A stretch of DNA of 64,000 bases, taken from assembly GCA_963748215.1 (NCBI GenBank), contig CAVVHS010000008.1:352001-416000 (forward strand), read 5' to 3'. Source of the stretch: an uncultured Gammaproteobacteria bacterium (GTDB lineage Bacteria > Pseudomonadota > Gammaproteobacteria > UBA9214). The stretch's first letter is position 1; each line of letters opens with the position of its first letter. Of the stretch, positions 49,821 through 60,158 are shown in pieces. The position numbers and the translations under genes were made by a program. The notes under the pieces were generated by a model. The model saw only the letters and a list, made by a program, of their open reading frames with translations. It was not told the DNA's origin and searched no databases.

Positions 49821-50510
49821 ATGGAAATCCGTCAACTGTACGATGATACCAGTTCCACATTCAGCTACCTGCTATGGGATGATGCCAGTCGCGAGGCGGC
49901 GCTCATCGACCCGGTCCATGAAATGGCCCGGCGTGATATCCACCTGGTATGGCAACTCGGCCTGAAACTCAGGTACACGCTGGAAACCCATGTCCACACC
50001 GATCACGTGACCGGCTCGGGCTACCTGAGGCAGGTTTTCAATTCCATTGTGGTGGTGCACGAGGATAGCCTCGCCAGGTGCGCCGACGTGCTGGTCAAGG
50101 ACGGTGACTTCATACCGCTCGGCAACGACAGGCTGAACATCCTTCACACTCCCGGCCACACCAACAGCGATATCTGTTATTCGATTCCAGGCGCGGTATT
50201 CACCGGCGATACCCTGCTGGTCAATGGCTGTGGACGCACCGACTACCAGTCCGGCGACGCCGGACTGCTGTATGACTCGATCGTACAACGCCTGTTCACC
50301 CTCCCGGATGAAACGGTTGTGTATCCCGGCCACGGTCTGGCAGATCGAATGTCATCCACCATCGGCAAGGAAAAAACCGCCAACGGCCGCATCGGCAACG
50401 GCGTGGGTCGCGAACGTTTCGTCGCGGTCATGAACAGCCTGAAGCTGGATCCGCCCGAACGCATCCACGAGGCGTTGCCTTCCAATCTGCGTTGCGGGAC
50501 CTATGCCTGA
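49821..50510 (+). CDS. MBL-fold persulfide dioxygenase (ETHE1-like)
   Basis: SSTFSYLL, ETHVHTDHVTG, TPGHT, FTGDTLL..GCGRTD, VYPGH, C-terminal NLRCG. Confidence 0.88.
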   Translation: MEIRQLYDDTSSTFSYLLWDDASREAALIDPVHEMARRDIHLVWQLGLKLRYTLETHVHTDHVTGSGYLRQVFNSIVVVHEDSLARCADVLVKDGDFIPLGNDRLNILHTPGHTNSDICYSIPGAVFTGDTLLVNGCGRTDYQSGDAGLLYDSIVQRLFTLPDETVVYPGHGLADRMSSTIGKEKTANGRIGNGVGRERFVAVMNSLKLDPPERIHEALPSNLRCGTYA

Positions 50511-50651
50511 AGCGGCAACGCACAGGCCAGCTGCCAGGTATATACCTGCAAACTGCCAACTGACCCGAAGGAACCCGCTGCGTAGCCGAACCTGGCTGAC
50601 AGGGGATTCAAGCACTACAACCGGGGCAACCACCCTGCTCTGCACGAGGCA

Positions 50652-50867
50652 GTGAAAACGCCACCGGCTAAAGGCGGTGGCTGCGGGTTATGGCTATAAA
50701 GCCGGATCGATCGGCCATACAGACGGGTTAACCCCCTTCTCAGGGGAACGCCGGGGAACGGGAATAGAATGCCGGGCGCGCCCTGTGCAAGTGTGCGAAC
50801 AGCGCACCCTGCGATCATATGAACACCTTTTGCGACACCCTCCGCAAGAAGACGGGGCGCATTTACT
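50652..50867. mobile_element. Possible IS200/IS605-type end remnant (no transposase)
   Basis: Hairpin GCCACCG-GCTAAAGG-CGGTGGC followed by a GGCTATAAAGCC stem, and a decayed hairpin ending ATTTACT. Resemblance to IS200/IS605 subterminal palindromes is from memory. Confidence 0.4.
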
Positions 50868-50907
50868 TTTTCCGTGTCTTTCCGTGGATTCAGTGGTCGT
50901 TATTTTT

Positions 50908-50955
50908 GTAGGGTGCACTCTGTGCACCGCTGCCGGTGCGTAGAACGCACCCTAC
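50908..50955. repeat. GTAG-family REP doublet
   Basis: GTAGGGTGCACTCTGTGCACC / GGTGCGTAGAACGCACCCTAC in inverted orientation; a decayed relative lies at about 50771-50812. Confidence 0.8.
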
Positions 50956-51051
50956 GTGTTTGGTTCCGTATCCTTGTGTGGATTTCGTGGCCATTATCCA
51001 TCGCGCATTCCCATACATCTGAAGACTGCCCCCCCTGAAGGTCGCGCCTGG

Positions 51052-51176
51052 CTCGACAACTGCTCCTGCGTTGCTCTCGGCTCTGGCATGGCCCAGGCCA
51101 GCCTCTCGACCCGGGCTATGCCCGTACAAATGGTCTCAGCTTCTCCATGTAGTCGTGCATCCCTGCAGTCGTGCGC
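51052..51176 (+). repeat. Second, interrupted copy of the module at 11664-11717
   Basis: 51052-51077 is similar to 11664-11690; 51156-51176 is identical to 11697-11717 (21/21); 78 bp lie between the two halves. Confidence 0.8.
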
Positions 51177-51653
51177 TCCTGCAGCAATAGACACCTCCTT
51201 CATCTTCAATACATCCCGCATTTGATATTCCCTTGTCATTCCGTGTGCTTCCGTGGCCATTCAGCATCGCAGCCGATATTCACATTTCATGATTCACGTC
51301 TCACTCTGACCTGCACAGAGTCGTCCATCACCTGAAGGCGAGAGCGTTACGGATCCCCGTATACGGGGACTCCAGGCATCATGAAAGAGATACGCCAGCG
51401 GCACGGCGTGGCGTTGCTGTTCAGCCTGTTCTGTATCGTGGCGCGCATCAAGGTCACCCAGTCCGGCCTGTTCTGCCAGGCACCGGAAAACGCCCAATCC
51501 TGCACGCTTGACACGCCCCGGTCCTCGCGGCCTGACACGGTCCGTTGCCTTCAAGTCCCCGCCCTCCCGGCCGATCCTTTCGAGGATGTCTCCCTGCACG
51601 GGAAATATCCCGAACACCCCATTTCCGGATCAGTCAGGGAGCCACACCAGCGC

Positions 51654-53627
51654 ATGAAGGATAATACCCGGACCCTGATAACGCTGGGTGTAATGGCTGT
51701 TCTGGGACTGATGTTCGCACTCGCCTCCATTGCGCTGGCACAGATGCATGCTATCAACACGCGCATGGCGACACTCGTCGAGGTGACCAATGCCAAAACG
51801 GCCGCCGCAAACGAGATGCGCGATGCGATCCGGCTGCGCGCCGACAGCCTCAAAAAGATGCAGCTGGCACGCGATATCTTCGATCGCGACGAGGAATACC
51901 AGCGCTTCATCGACTATGCCGGAAAATACCGTGCCGCCAGGGAACGCCTGGTCAGCCTGGGCATGACCCGGCAGGAATCGGAAATCCACGAACAGCTGCA
52001 GCAGCTGACCCGGTTGTCACAGGCGGTCAGCGACAGCGCTTCCATGCTGGTGATGGAAGATGCCGCCGACCGGGAAATCGAAACGGCCAGGCATAATGCC
52101 ACGTCGTTACAGGCGCAGATGCTTGAGCAGCTCGATACACTGGTTAACCTTGAACTGAGAACCTCCGAACAGACACTGGTGAACAGCCGTTCGCACTATC
52201 AGCGAACGAGAAATCTGCTGCTCATACTGACCGCCGTCACCCTGCTGTTCTGCTATCTGCTGGCCCGGTTCGTTGCCCGCTATGTCGCATCCAAGAACAG
52301 GCAGCTGAACTACCAGTCATCCCACGATGCACTGACCGGTCTCATCAACCGGCGCGAGTTCGAGAAACGCGTCGAGCGCGCCATCCACAACGCGCAGGCC
52401 CTGCCCGCCGCACATACCCTGATGTATCTCGATCTCGACCAGTTCAAGGTCATCAACGATATCTGCGGTCACGCAGCCGGCGACAGGCTGTTGCAGCAGC
52501 TCGCAGGCCTGCTGCTCGGCTCGTTGCGTCACCGCGACACCCTGGGGCGGCTGGGAGGTGACGAATTCGGTCTGCTGCTCGAGAACTGCCCGCTGGACAA
52601 GGCGGTGGTCATCGCGAACAAGCTGCTCAAATCTATCGAGGAGTTCCATTTCAGCTGGCATGACAGCAGCTTCACGCTCGGGGTCTGTATCGGGGTGGTT
52701 CCCATCGACGAAACCACGACCGATATCGCAAGCACCATGAGCGCAGCTGACTCGGCCTGTTACATCGCCAAGGAATCCGGGCGCAACCAGGTGCAGGTCG
52801 CCTACCTGGGTGATCGACAGCTGCAGCAGCGGCGCAGCGAAATGCAATGGGTGTCGCGCCTGACGCGCGCCCTGGAGCAGGACCAGTTCGAACTGTACTA
52901 CATGCCGATCATCCCCAGTGCGGACAGTAACGGCTCCGGCAAGCATATCGAGCTGTTGCTGCGCATGATCGACGATGACGGTTCCGTCATTTCACCACGC
53001 ATATTCATACCGCCGGCGGAAAAATACAACATGGCCACCGCCATCGACCGCTGGGTCATCAACCAGGCCCTGCAATGGCTGGCAGAGCACAGCTCCGAGC
53101 ACAACTGGCCGATCACCATCGCCATCAACCTGTCAGCCCACACCCTGGCCAGCCGGGAAATGCTGAAATACATCATCGACCATGCGGAACATACCGGCGC
53201 ACCCCCTGAACGGATCATCTTCGAAATCAACGAAAACGCCGCCATCTCCAACATCTCCGCGGCAACCGGCTTCATGCTGACCTTGCGTGGTCGCGGCTTC
53301 CGTTTCACGCTCGACGATTTTGGCAGCGGTCTGTCTTCCTTTGCCTACCTCAAGAAACTGCCGGTGGATTTCCTCAAGATCGACGGCAGCTTCGTGCGCG
53401 ACATACTCTCCGACCCGGTCGATTATGCGATGGTCAGATCGATCAACGAACTGGGGCAGCTGCTCGACAAGCAGACCATCGCCGAACACGTGGAGACAAT
53501 CGCGGTTGCCAACGAACTGCGCGACATGGGCATCGACTTCCTGCAGGGCCGTATCTACGCCAGTCCCGAACCCCTCAGCAGCTTCTCCCACACACGCAAG
53601 CCGCAGCTTGTGGTCGTCTCGAGGTAA
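51654..53627 (+). CDS. Membrane-bound diguanylate cyclase/phosphodiesterase (periplasmic 4-helix sensor, GGDEF, EAL)
   Basis: Two TMs; HDALTGLINR, DLDQFK, intact GGDEF; ELLLR, DDFGSG, LKIDGSF. Start placed at ATG 51654. Confidence 0.92.
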   Translation: MKDNTRTLITLGVMAVLGLMFALASIALAQMHAINTRMATLVEVTNAKTAAANEMRDAIRLRADSLKKMQLARDIFDRDEEYQRFIDYAGKYRAARERLVSLGMTRQESEIHEQLQQLTRLSQAVSDSASMLVMEDAADREIETARHNATSLQAQMLEQLDTLVNLELRTSEQTLVNSRSHYQRTRNLLLILTAVTLLFCYLLARFVARYVASKNRQLNYQSSHDALTGLINRREFEKRVERAIHNAQALPAAHTLMYLDLDQFKVINDICGHAAGDRLLQQLAGLLLGSLRHRDTLGRLGGDEFGLLLENCPLDKAVVIANKLLKSIEEFHFSWHDSSFTLGVCIGVVPIDETTTDIASTMSAADSACYIAKESGRNQVQVAYLGDRQLQQRRSEMQWVSRLTRALEQDQFELYYMPIIPSADSNGSGKHIELLLRMIDDDGSVISPRIFIPPAEKYNMATAIDRWVINQALQWLAEHSSEHNWPITIAINLSAHTLASREMLKYIIDHAEHTGAPPERIIFEINENAAISNISAATGFMLTLRGRGFRFTLDDFGSGLSSFAYLKKLPVDFLKIDGSFVRDILSDPVDYAMVRSINELGQLLDKQTIAEHVETIAVANELRDMGIDFLQGRIYASPEPLSSFSHTRKPQLVVVSR

Positions 53628-53705
53628 GCGGGCAAGTCGCGACAACTGTCCGACATACGGATCGATGCGTTATAGTCAGCCCTGCGGACACGGCCGGTAA
53701 CCAGG

Positions 53706-54872
53706 ATGACACACACACCTTCGCTGCTGGACATGATCGGGGGACTGATCGGCACCCCATCGATCAGCTGTGTCGACCCGGCGCTGGACCAGGGCAACCG
53801 CGCCGTCATCGACCTGCTGGCAGGCTGGCTCGAAACGGCCGGCTTTGCCGTCGAGGTCCTCCCGCTGCCGGGCACACCGGCCAAGGCAAACCTGATCGCG
53901 ACCCTGGGCAGCGGGCCGGGCGGACTGGTGCTGGCCGGCCACACCGACACCGTTCCGTACGATCATGGCGCATGGCGCTTCGACCCGTTCCGCCTCACGG
54001 AGGCCGATCAGCGCCTGTACGGTCTGGGCACCTCGGATATGAAGGCCTTCCTGGCACTGGCGATCGAGGCCTGCCGGGGGCTGCGTGCGGCAGATCTGGT
54101 GGAGCCGCTGGTCATACTGGCCACGGCCGACGAGGAAACCTCCATGTCAGGCGCACGCGCACTGGTCGAGCGGCAGCGTCCGCATGCACGTCATGCCGTC
54201 ATCGGAGAACCGACCGGCCTGCGCCCGGTGCGTATGCACAAGGGTATTTTTATGGAGCGTATCCGGCTGCACGGTCATGCCGGTCATTCCAGCAACCCGG
54301 CACTGGGCAACAGCGCACTGGAAGCCATGCATCGTGTCATCGCCAGCATCCTGGCCTGGCGCGACGAACTGCAGGCACGCTACAACAATCCGCTGTTCGC
54401 CGTTCCGGTGCCGACGCTCAATCTCGGCCATATCCACGGTGGCGACAACCCGAATCGCATCTGTGCCGACTGCGAACTGCAACTCGACCTGCGCCCGCTG
54501 CCCGGCATGGACGTCCACGAACTGCGCGGGGAACTGCACCGGCATGTCATCGAAACGCTGGCGGACAGCGGCATCGAGGCCGGTTTCGACGCCTTGTTTG
54601 AAGGCATCCCGGCCATGGAAACCGCAGCCACGGCACCCATCGTCCGGCTGGCCGAACGACTCACCGGCCACGCCCCGGAGGCCGTCGCCTTCGCCACGGA
54701 AGCGCCCTACCTGAAACAGCTCGGCATGGACACGATCATACTGGGACCGGGCAATATCGAGCAGGCCCACCAGCCTGACGAATACCTCGCACTGGACCGG
54801 CTGCAGCCGACCGTCGACCTGCTGCGCCGGATGATCAAATCCGTTTGTATCGACACCGACCCCTTGCTATAA
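53706..54872 (+). CDS. argE: Acetylornithine deacetylase
   Basis: GHTDTVP, DMK, ADEET, GEPT, GGDNPNRIC, AHQPDE; adjacent to argA. Confidence 0.94.
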   Translation: MTHTPSLLDMIGGLIGTPSISCVDPALDQGNRAVIDLLAGWLETAGFAVEVLPLPGTPAKANLIATLGSGPGGLVLAGHTDTVPYDHGAWRFDPFRLTEADQRLYGLGTSDMKAFLALAIEACRGLRAADLVEPLVILATADEETSMSGARALVERQRPHARHAVIGEPTGLRPVRMHKGIFMERIRLHGHAGHSSNPALGNSALEAMHRVIASILAWRDELQARYNNPLFAVPVPTLNLGHIHGGDNPNRICADCELQLDLRPLPGMDVHELRGELHRHVIETLADSGIEAGFDALFEGIPAMETAATAPIVRLAERLTGHAPEAVAFATEAPYLKQLGMDTIILGPGNIEQAHQPDEYLALDRLQPTVDLLRRMIKSVCIDTDPLL

Positions 54873-54880
54873 CAGGCGCC

Positions 54881-56206
54881 ATGAAAAGCAGCGAACATAA
54901 CAGGCAATTCGTCGACAGCTTCCGGCACTCCGCGCCGTATATACATGCGCACCGCGGCCGCACCTTCGTGCTGGTATTCGGTGGCGAGGCCGTTGAGGAT
55001 GCACTCTTCCCCGGGCTGATTCACGATATCGCGCTGCTGCACAGCCTCGGCATCCAGCTGGTCCTGGTGCACGGCGCGCGCCCGCAGATCGAGCGCAAGC
55101 TGTCGGCCGGCGGCATCGAGATGGAATATGCCCGCGGCCTGCGCATTACCGATGACGCCGCACTGGTGTACGTCAAGGAGGCCGCCGGCTCGGTGCGCGT
55201 GGAAATCGAGGCGCTGCTCTCGATGGGGCTTGCCAACACACCGATGTCCGGCGCGCGTATCGGCGTCAGCTCGGGAAACTTCGTCACCGCGCGGCCACTC
55301 GGCGTGCGCGACGGCATCGACTATTGTCATACCGGCGAGGTACGGCGCGTCGACGCGCCGGCGATCCGGCAACACCTCACCGACCGGCGCATCGTGCTGC
55401 TCTCGCCGCTTGGCTATTCACCGACCGGCGAGGTCTTCAACCTGAGCGCGGAGGAAGTCGCTACCGCCACCGCCATCGAGCTGCAGGCCGACAAGCTGGT
55501 GCTGCTGAACGAGGGCGAGAAGCTGCGCGACGGGCGCAGGCGCCTGATGGCGCAGCTGACCATCAACGAAGCGCAGGCGCTGCTGGACGGCCGGCGTCAA
55601 CTGAGCGAAACCATGCGCCGCCAGCTGCACAGCGCGATCCAGGCCTGTCGCGGCAGTGTGCGGCGCGTGCACCTGCTCGACCGGCAGCAGGACGGCGCAC
55701 TGTTGCTGGAGCTGTTTACCCGTGACGGACTCGGCTCGCTGATTACCGCCGACCCCTTCGAGGGCCTGCGCGATGCCACCATCGATGACGTCGGCGGAGT
55801 CCTGGAACTGATCAAGCCGCTTGAGCAACAGGGTGTCCTGGTCAGGCGTTCTCGCGAGCTGCTGGAAATGGAAATCGGTCACTTCCTGGTTATCGAGCGT
55901 GATGGCACCATCATCGCCTGCGCGGCACTCTATCCCGGCGACAAGCGCACCCAGGCCGAGCTTGCCTGCCTCGCCGTGCATGACGACTACCGCAACGAGG
56001 GACGCGGGGACGCGCTGCTGCAGGCTGTCGAGCACCGGGCGGCGCGGAACGGGATCAAACAGCTGGTCGTGCTGACGACCCATACGGCGCACTGGTTCAG
56101 GGAACGCGGCTTCCTGCCGGGCGACGTGTCGCACCTGCCCGCCAGAAAAAAGGCACTTTACAACTACCAGCGCAATTCAAAGGTGTTCTACAAGGCGCTG
56201 GACTAG
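54881..56206 (+). CDS. argA: Amino-acid N-acetyltransferase
   Basis: FRHSAPYIHAHRG, LVHGARPQI, LLLELFTRDG, GNAT domain ending YNYQRNSKV. Confidence 0.96.
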   Translation: MKSSEHNRQFVDSFRHSAPYIHAHRGRTFVLVFGGEAVEDALFPGLIHDIALLHSLGIQLVLVHGARPQIERKLSAGGIEMEYARGLRITDDAALVYVKEAAGSVRVEIEALLSMGLANTPMSGARIGVSSGNFVTARPLGVRDGIDYCHTGEVRRVDAPAIRQHLTDRRIVLLSPLGYSPTGEVFNLSAEEVATATAIELQADKLVLLNEGEKLRDGRRRLMAQLTINEAQALLDGRRQLSETMRRQLHSAIQACRGSVRRVHLLDRQQDGALLLELFTRDGLGSLITADPFEGLRDATIDDVGGVLELIKPLEQQGVLVRRSRELLEMEIGHFLVIERDGTIIACAALYPGDKRTQAELACLAVHDDYRNEGRGDALLQAVEHRAARNGIKQLVVLTTHTAHWFRERGFLPGDVSHLPARKKALYNYQRNSKVFYKALD

Positions 56207-56387
56207 GCCCCCTCCCGACATGACAAAGCGCCACCATTTTGTAAAGATACACGGCACAAGGGAAATGTGACCTGTAGCACCGGCGGCACCAGGCGCTGTT
56301 ATAGACTGCATCGAGACGCTGCGGGACAGCACGGACCCGATGCATGAACAGTACACAAACGATAAAGAACCGCGGATAGCGACAGGT

Positions 56388-57209
56388 ATGGGGATGAACG
56401 ACTTACAGCCGGCAGCCGGACACACCGTCAGAGTGCTGCAGATTACCGACACGCACCTGTTCGCCGGCAGCGACGGCTGCCTGCTCGGACTCAATACCGA
56501 ACACTCGCTGCAGGCCGTGCTGGCAGCCGTCGCGGACCGGGAGCAGCCGACCGACCTCGTGCTGGCCACGGGGGACCTCGCCCACGATGGTACCAGCAGC
56601 GCCTATCAGCGCTTCTTTACGAACATGAATGGCATCGGTGTGCCGGTCTACTGCCTGCCGGGCAACCACGATGAATCGCAGGCATTGCAGCTGTCGGGTA
56701 ACGAGGGCCAGTGCCGCTTCGTCGAACATGCATTCCATGCCGACTGGCATTTCATCTTTCTGGATTCAACCATACCCGGCAGCGAAGGCGCCCACCTGAC
56801 GGAGGACACGCTGTCGATGCTGGAGCGGCATCTGCAGGCAGCGCCGGCCAAACATACCCTGGTATGCCTGCATCACCAGCCGGTGCCGATGGGCAGCCGC
56901 TGGCTGGATACCATGGCCGTGGACAACCCGGAGGCCTTCTTCGCCGTTATCGACCGGCACCCGCAGGTGCGGGCAATCCTGTGGGGGCACGTGCACCAGG
57001 AACTGTCGACCCGGCGCGGGGACGTCATGCTGATGTCCTCGCCCTCCACCTGCATCCAGTTCCTGCCCTACAGCGCCGGCTTCGCCGTGGATATCACCGC
57101 GCCCGGCTATCGCTGGCTGGACCTGCACCCGGACGGCAGTATAAACACGGGCATCGAGCGCATCGGTGCGATTCCGGGCACCATCGACATGGCCGCAGCC
57201 GGCTATTAA
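56388..57209 (+). CDS. cpdA: 3',5'-cyclic-AMP phosphodiesterase
   Basis: QITDTHL, ATGDLAHD, PGNHD, LHH, GHVHQ, PSTCIQF. Confidence 0.92.
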   Translation: MGMNDLQPAAGHTVRVLQITDTHLFAGSDGCLLGLNTEHSLQAVLAAVADREQPTDLVLATGDLAHDGTSSAYQRFFTNMNGIGVPVYCLPGNHDESQALQLSGNEGQCRFVEHAFHADWHFIFLDSTIPGSEGAHLTEDTLSMLERHLQAAPAKHTLVCLHHQPVPMGSRWLDTMAVDNPEAFFAVIDRHPQVRAILWGHVHQELSTRRGDVMLMSSPSTCIQFLPYSAGFAVDITAPGYRWLDLHPDGSINTGIERIGAIPGTIDMAAAGY

Positions 57210-57337
57210 CCCGCCTGTTGCACACGTCAGCCGCGGGCCGGTTCAGCCCGGTCCCCGGGCAGCTACCGGATCGCTCATGGAAACGTGCCGGAGTTCACCC
57301 GTATAAACAGGCCCGCGGCCGGCTGATGCCTTGCCGG

Positions 57338-58555
57338 TCACTGCACCAGCTGGTTGAGGTCGAAAATCGGCAGCAGGATCGCCAGCACGATCACCAGCAC
57401 CACACCACCCATAACCAGGATCAGCATCGGTTCGAACAGGCCCATGACCGCGGCGATCATCGTCTCGATCTCGCGCTCCTGGTTGATGGCGGCACGTTCC
57501 AGCATCTCTTCCAGCTTGCCACTCGCCTCGCCGCTGGCGATGAGATGCACTGTCATGGGCGGGAAATAACCGCTGCGTTCGAGTGACGCGGCAATACCGG
57601 CACCCTCGCGCACGCGTGCCGCGGCCTCGTTGACCGCGTCGCGCATCGGCAGGTTTGAAATCACCTGCCCGGAGATACGCATGGCCTCCAGCACCGAGAC
57701 GCCGCTGGCAGTGAGAATGCTGAAGGTGCGCGCAAAACGCCCGGTCTCGAGACCACTCACCAGACGACCGACCAGCGGCACGTGCAGCAGCGTGCGATGA
57801 AAGCGACGCCGGTTGTCCTCGCTGCGCAACAACCAGGACACGGCAACGCCCAGCAGTACCAGCAGACCGAGCAGGATGAGGCCCTGGGTGCGCATGAAGT
57901 CACTGACGGCGATCAGGCCCCGGGTCAGCGCCGGCAGGCCCTGCCCGATGTTCTCGAACACCTGCACCACCTGCGGCACGACATAGGTCATCAGACCGCC
58001 GACCACCAGGATGGCGACGATGGTCAGCATGGCCGGATAGAACACCGCCAGCTGGATCTTCTGGCGCATCTGCTGGCGATTCTCGGTGTAATCGGCGAGC
58101 CGCTCCAGCACCCGGTCCAGGTGACCGGACTGCTCGCCGGCCTCGACCGTCGTGCGGTACAGCTCGGGAAAGACGTGCTTGAAGTCGGACAGACCGGAGG
58201 CCAGGGTATGTCCTTCCATCACCCGCGAGCGCACTGCCAGCAGCATGCTCTTCAGACGCGCCCGGTCGGTTTGCTGGGCAACGGCGCGCAGGCACTCCTC
58301 CAGCGGCAACGCGGCACGCACCAGTGTCGCGAGCTGGCGTGTGATCAGGGCAAGGTCAGTGGCGCTGATGCCCCGCTTCAACAGGGACGGTCGGCCATGG
58401 GTACGCGTCTCGCGCTGTGCGACCTCCTGCACCTCGACCGGGACCAGGCCCTGGTCACGCAGCTGCTGGCGCACCTGGCGCGGCGCATCACCCTCGACGA
58501 CGCCCTTCTTTTCGCGCCCCTTGGCATCCAGCGCCGTGTATTCGAAGGCACCCAC
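57338..58555 (-). CDS. gspF: T2SS inner-membrane platform protein
   Basis: FEYTALDAKG, TRQLATLV, AGEQSGHL, SGEASGKL, LLPIFDLNQLV. Confidence 0.95.
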   Translation of the reverse strand: MGAFEYTALDAKGREKKGVVEGDAPRQVRQQLRDQGLVPVEVQEVAQRETRTHGRPSLLKRGISATDLALITRQLATLVRAALPLEECLRAVAQQTDRARLKSMLLAVRSRVMEGHTLASGLSDFKHVFPELYRTTVEAGEQSGHLDRVLERLADYTENRQQMRQKIQLAVFYPAMLTIVAILVVGGLMTYVVPQVVQVFENIGQGLPALTRGLIAVSDFMRTQGLILLGLLVLLGVAVSWLLRSEDNRRRFHRTLLHVPLVGRLVSGLETGRFARTFSILTASGVSVLEAMRISGQVISNLPMRDAVNEAAARVREGAGIAASLERSGYFPPMTVHLIASGEASGKLEEMLERAAINQEREIETMIAAVMGLFEPMLILVMGGVVLVIVLAILLPIFDLNQLVQ

Positions 58556-58631
58556 CGGTCAGCAGGCTCCGGGCCGGAACGGGATCAAGGACATTCGGTA
58601 ACCGGCTGCAGGCAGCACGCGGGGCTGTCGA

Positions 58632-60158
58632 TCAGTCGCCCTGCGTCACGCGCAGGACCTCTTCGACCGAGGTGACGCCATCCAGCACCTTGCGCCAGCC
58701 GTCCTGGCGGATGCTCGGCGATTTCCGGCGTGCCTCGCGTTCCAGTTCCTGTTCGCCGGCACCGTCGTGAATCATGGCGCGCATGGCATCGTTGAGTGTC
58801 ACCAGCTCATAGATGCCGGTACGCCCGCGATAGCCAAGCTGGTTGCAGGTTGGACAACCATGCGTGCGAAACAGGGTCGGCGGATTGTCCGCGGCAATAC
58901 CCATGGCCGTGCAATCGGCCTGACCCGCGGTGTAGGGATCCTTGCAGTCATCGCACAGCATGCGCACCAGGCGCTGTGCGAGCACACCGACCAGGCTGGA
59001 CGACAGCAGGAAGGGTTCGACGCCCATGTCACGCAGGCGGGTCACTGCACCGACGGCGCTGTTGGTATGCAGGGTGGAAAACACCAGGTGGCCGGTGAGA
59101 CTGGCCTGCACGGCGATCTCGGCCGTTTCCAGGTCGCGTATCTCGCCGACCATCACCACGTCGGGGTCCTGGCGCAGGATCGCGCGCAGGCCGCGGGCAA
59201 AACTCAGGTCGACCTTGGTGTTGACCTGGGTCTGGCCGATGCCGTCGAGGTAATACTCGATCGGGTCCTCGACGGTCATGATATTGCGCCGCTTGTTGTT
59301 GAGCCGGCCCAGCGCCGCATACAGCGTGGTGGTCTTGCCGGAACCGGTCGGGCCGGTGACCAGGATAATGCCGTGCGGCTTGTTGATCAGTATATCGATC
59401 TCATCCCGGGACGCGGCGGACATGCCGAGCTGTTCGAGATCGAGCCGCCCGGCCTGCTTGTCCAGCAGGCGCAGCACGACACGCTCGCCGTTGCCGGACG
59501 GCAGCGTGGAGACACGCACGTCCACGGCACGGCCCGCCACCCGCAGCGAGATACGGCCGTCCTGCGGCAGGCGCTTTTCGGCGATGTCGAGCCGTGCCAT
59601 GACCTTGATGCGCGATACCAGCAGCGGCGCCAGCACCCGTTGCGGTTCCAGCACCTCGCGCAGCACGCCGTCGCAGCGAAAGCGCACCACCAGGCGGTTC
59701 TCGAAGGGTTCGATATGGATATCGGAGGCGTTTTCCTTGATCGCCTCGGTGAGCAGGGCGTTGATCAGGCGGATGATCGGCGCATCGTCCTCGCTCTCGA
59801 GCAGGTCCGCCGGCTCGGGCAGGCCCTGGGCGACGTGCATCAGGTCGAGGTCATCGCCGATGTCGCCCATCATCTGCATGGCCTCGCTGGACCCCTGCTC
59901 GTAGCTGTTGGCCAACAGGGCGTCGAACTGCTCCTGGTCGATCAGCTGCAGCTTGAGCGGCACCCCCACCAGCCGGCGCAGCTCGATCAGCGCGGACGGG
60001 GTGACATTGGCCGTATGCACCACCAGTGCCCGGTCATCGGCATAGCCGGTGACCAGCACGCCGTTGCGCTTGGCGAACAGGAACGGCGGGCGACGCGGCA
60101 CCACCACGGAGGGCGGGTCCGCGGGTTGCTCAGCGCCCTGTAACTGGAATTCATTCAT
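58632..60158 (-). CDS. gspE: T2SS ATPase
   Basis: [33 protein letters not shown], CxxC..CxxC. Confidence 0.96.
   Translation of the reverse strand: MNEFQLQGAEQPADPPSVVVPRRPPFLFAKRNGVLVTGYADDRALVVHTANVTPSALIELRRLVGVPLKLQLIDQEQFDALLANSYEQGSSEAMQMMGDIGDDLDLMHVAQGLPEPADLLESEDDAPIIRLINALLTEAIKENASDIHIEPFENRLVVRFRCDGVLREVLEPQRVLAPLLVSRIKVMARLDIAEKRLPQDGRISLRVAGRAVDVRVSTLPSGNGERVVLRLLDKQAGRLDLEQLGMSAASRDEIDILINKPHGIILVTGPTGSGKTTTLYAALGRLNNKRRNIMTVEDPIEYYLDGIGQTQVNTKVDLSFARGLRAILRQDPDVVMVGEIRDLETAEIAVQASLTGHLVFSTLHTNSAVGAVTRLRDMGVEPFLLSSSLVGVLAQRLVRMLCDDCKDPYTAGQADCTAMGIAADNPPTLFRTHGCPTCNQLGYRGRTGIYELVTLNDAMRAMIHDGAGEQELEREARRKSPSIRQDGWRKVLDGVTSVEEVLRVTQGD

Noticed and set aside
50871-51259. CRISPR-like array from the recurring TTCCGTG motifs
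   Set aside because: Copies are degenerate and irregularly spaced, and there are no cas genes.
51381-51653. 91-aa N-terminal extension of the GGDEF-EAL ORF
   Set aside because: Does not look protein-like; ATG 51654 directly precedes the first TM helix.
56229-56240. CGCCACCA resembling a tRNA 3' end or att site
   Set aside because: No cloverleaf, no T-loop and no integrase nearby.
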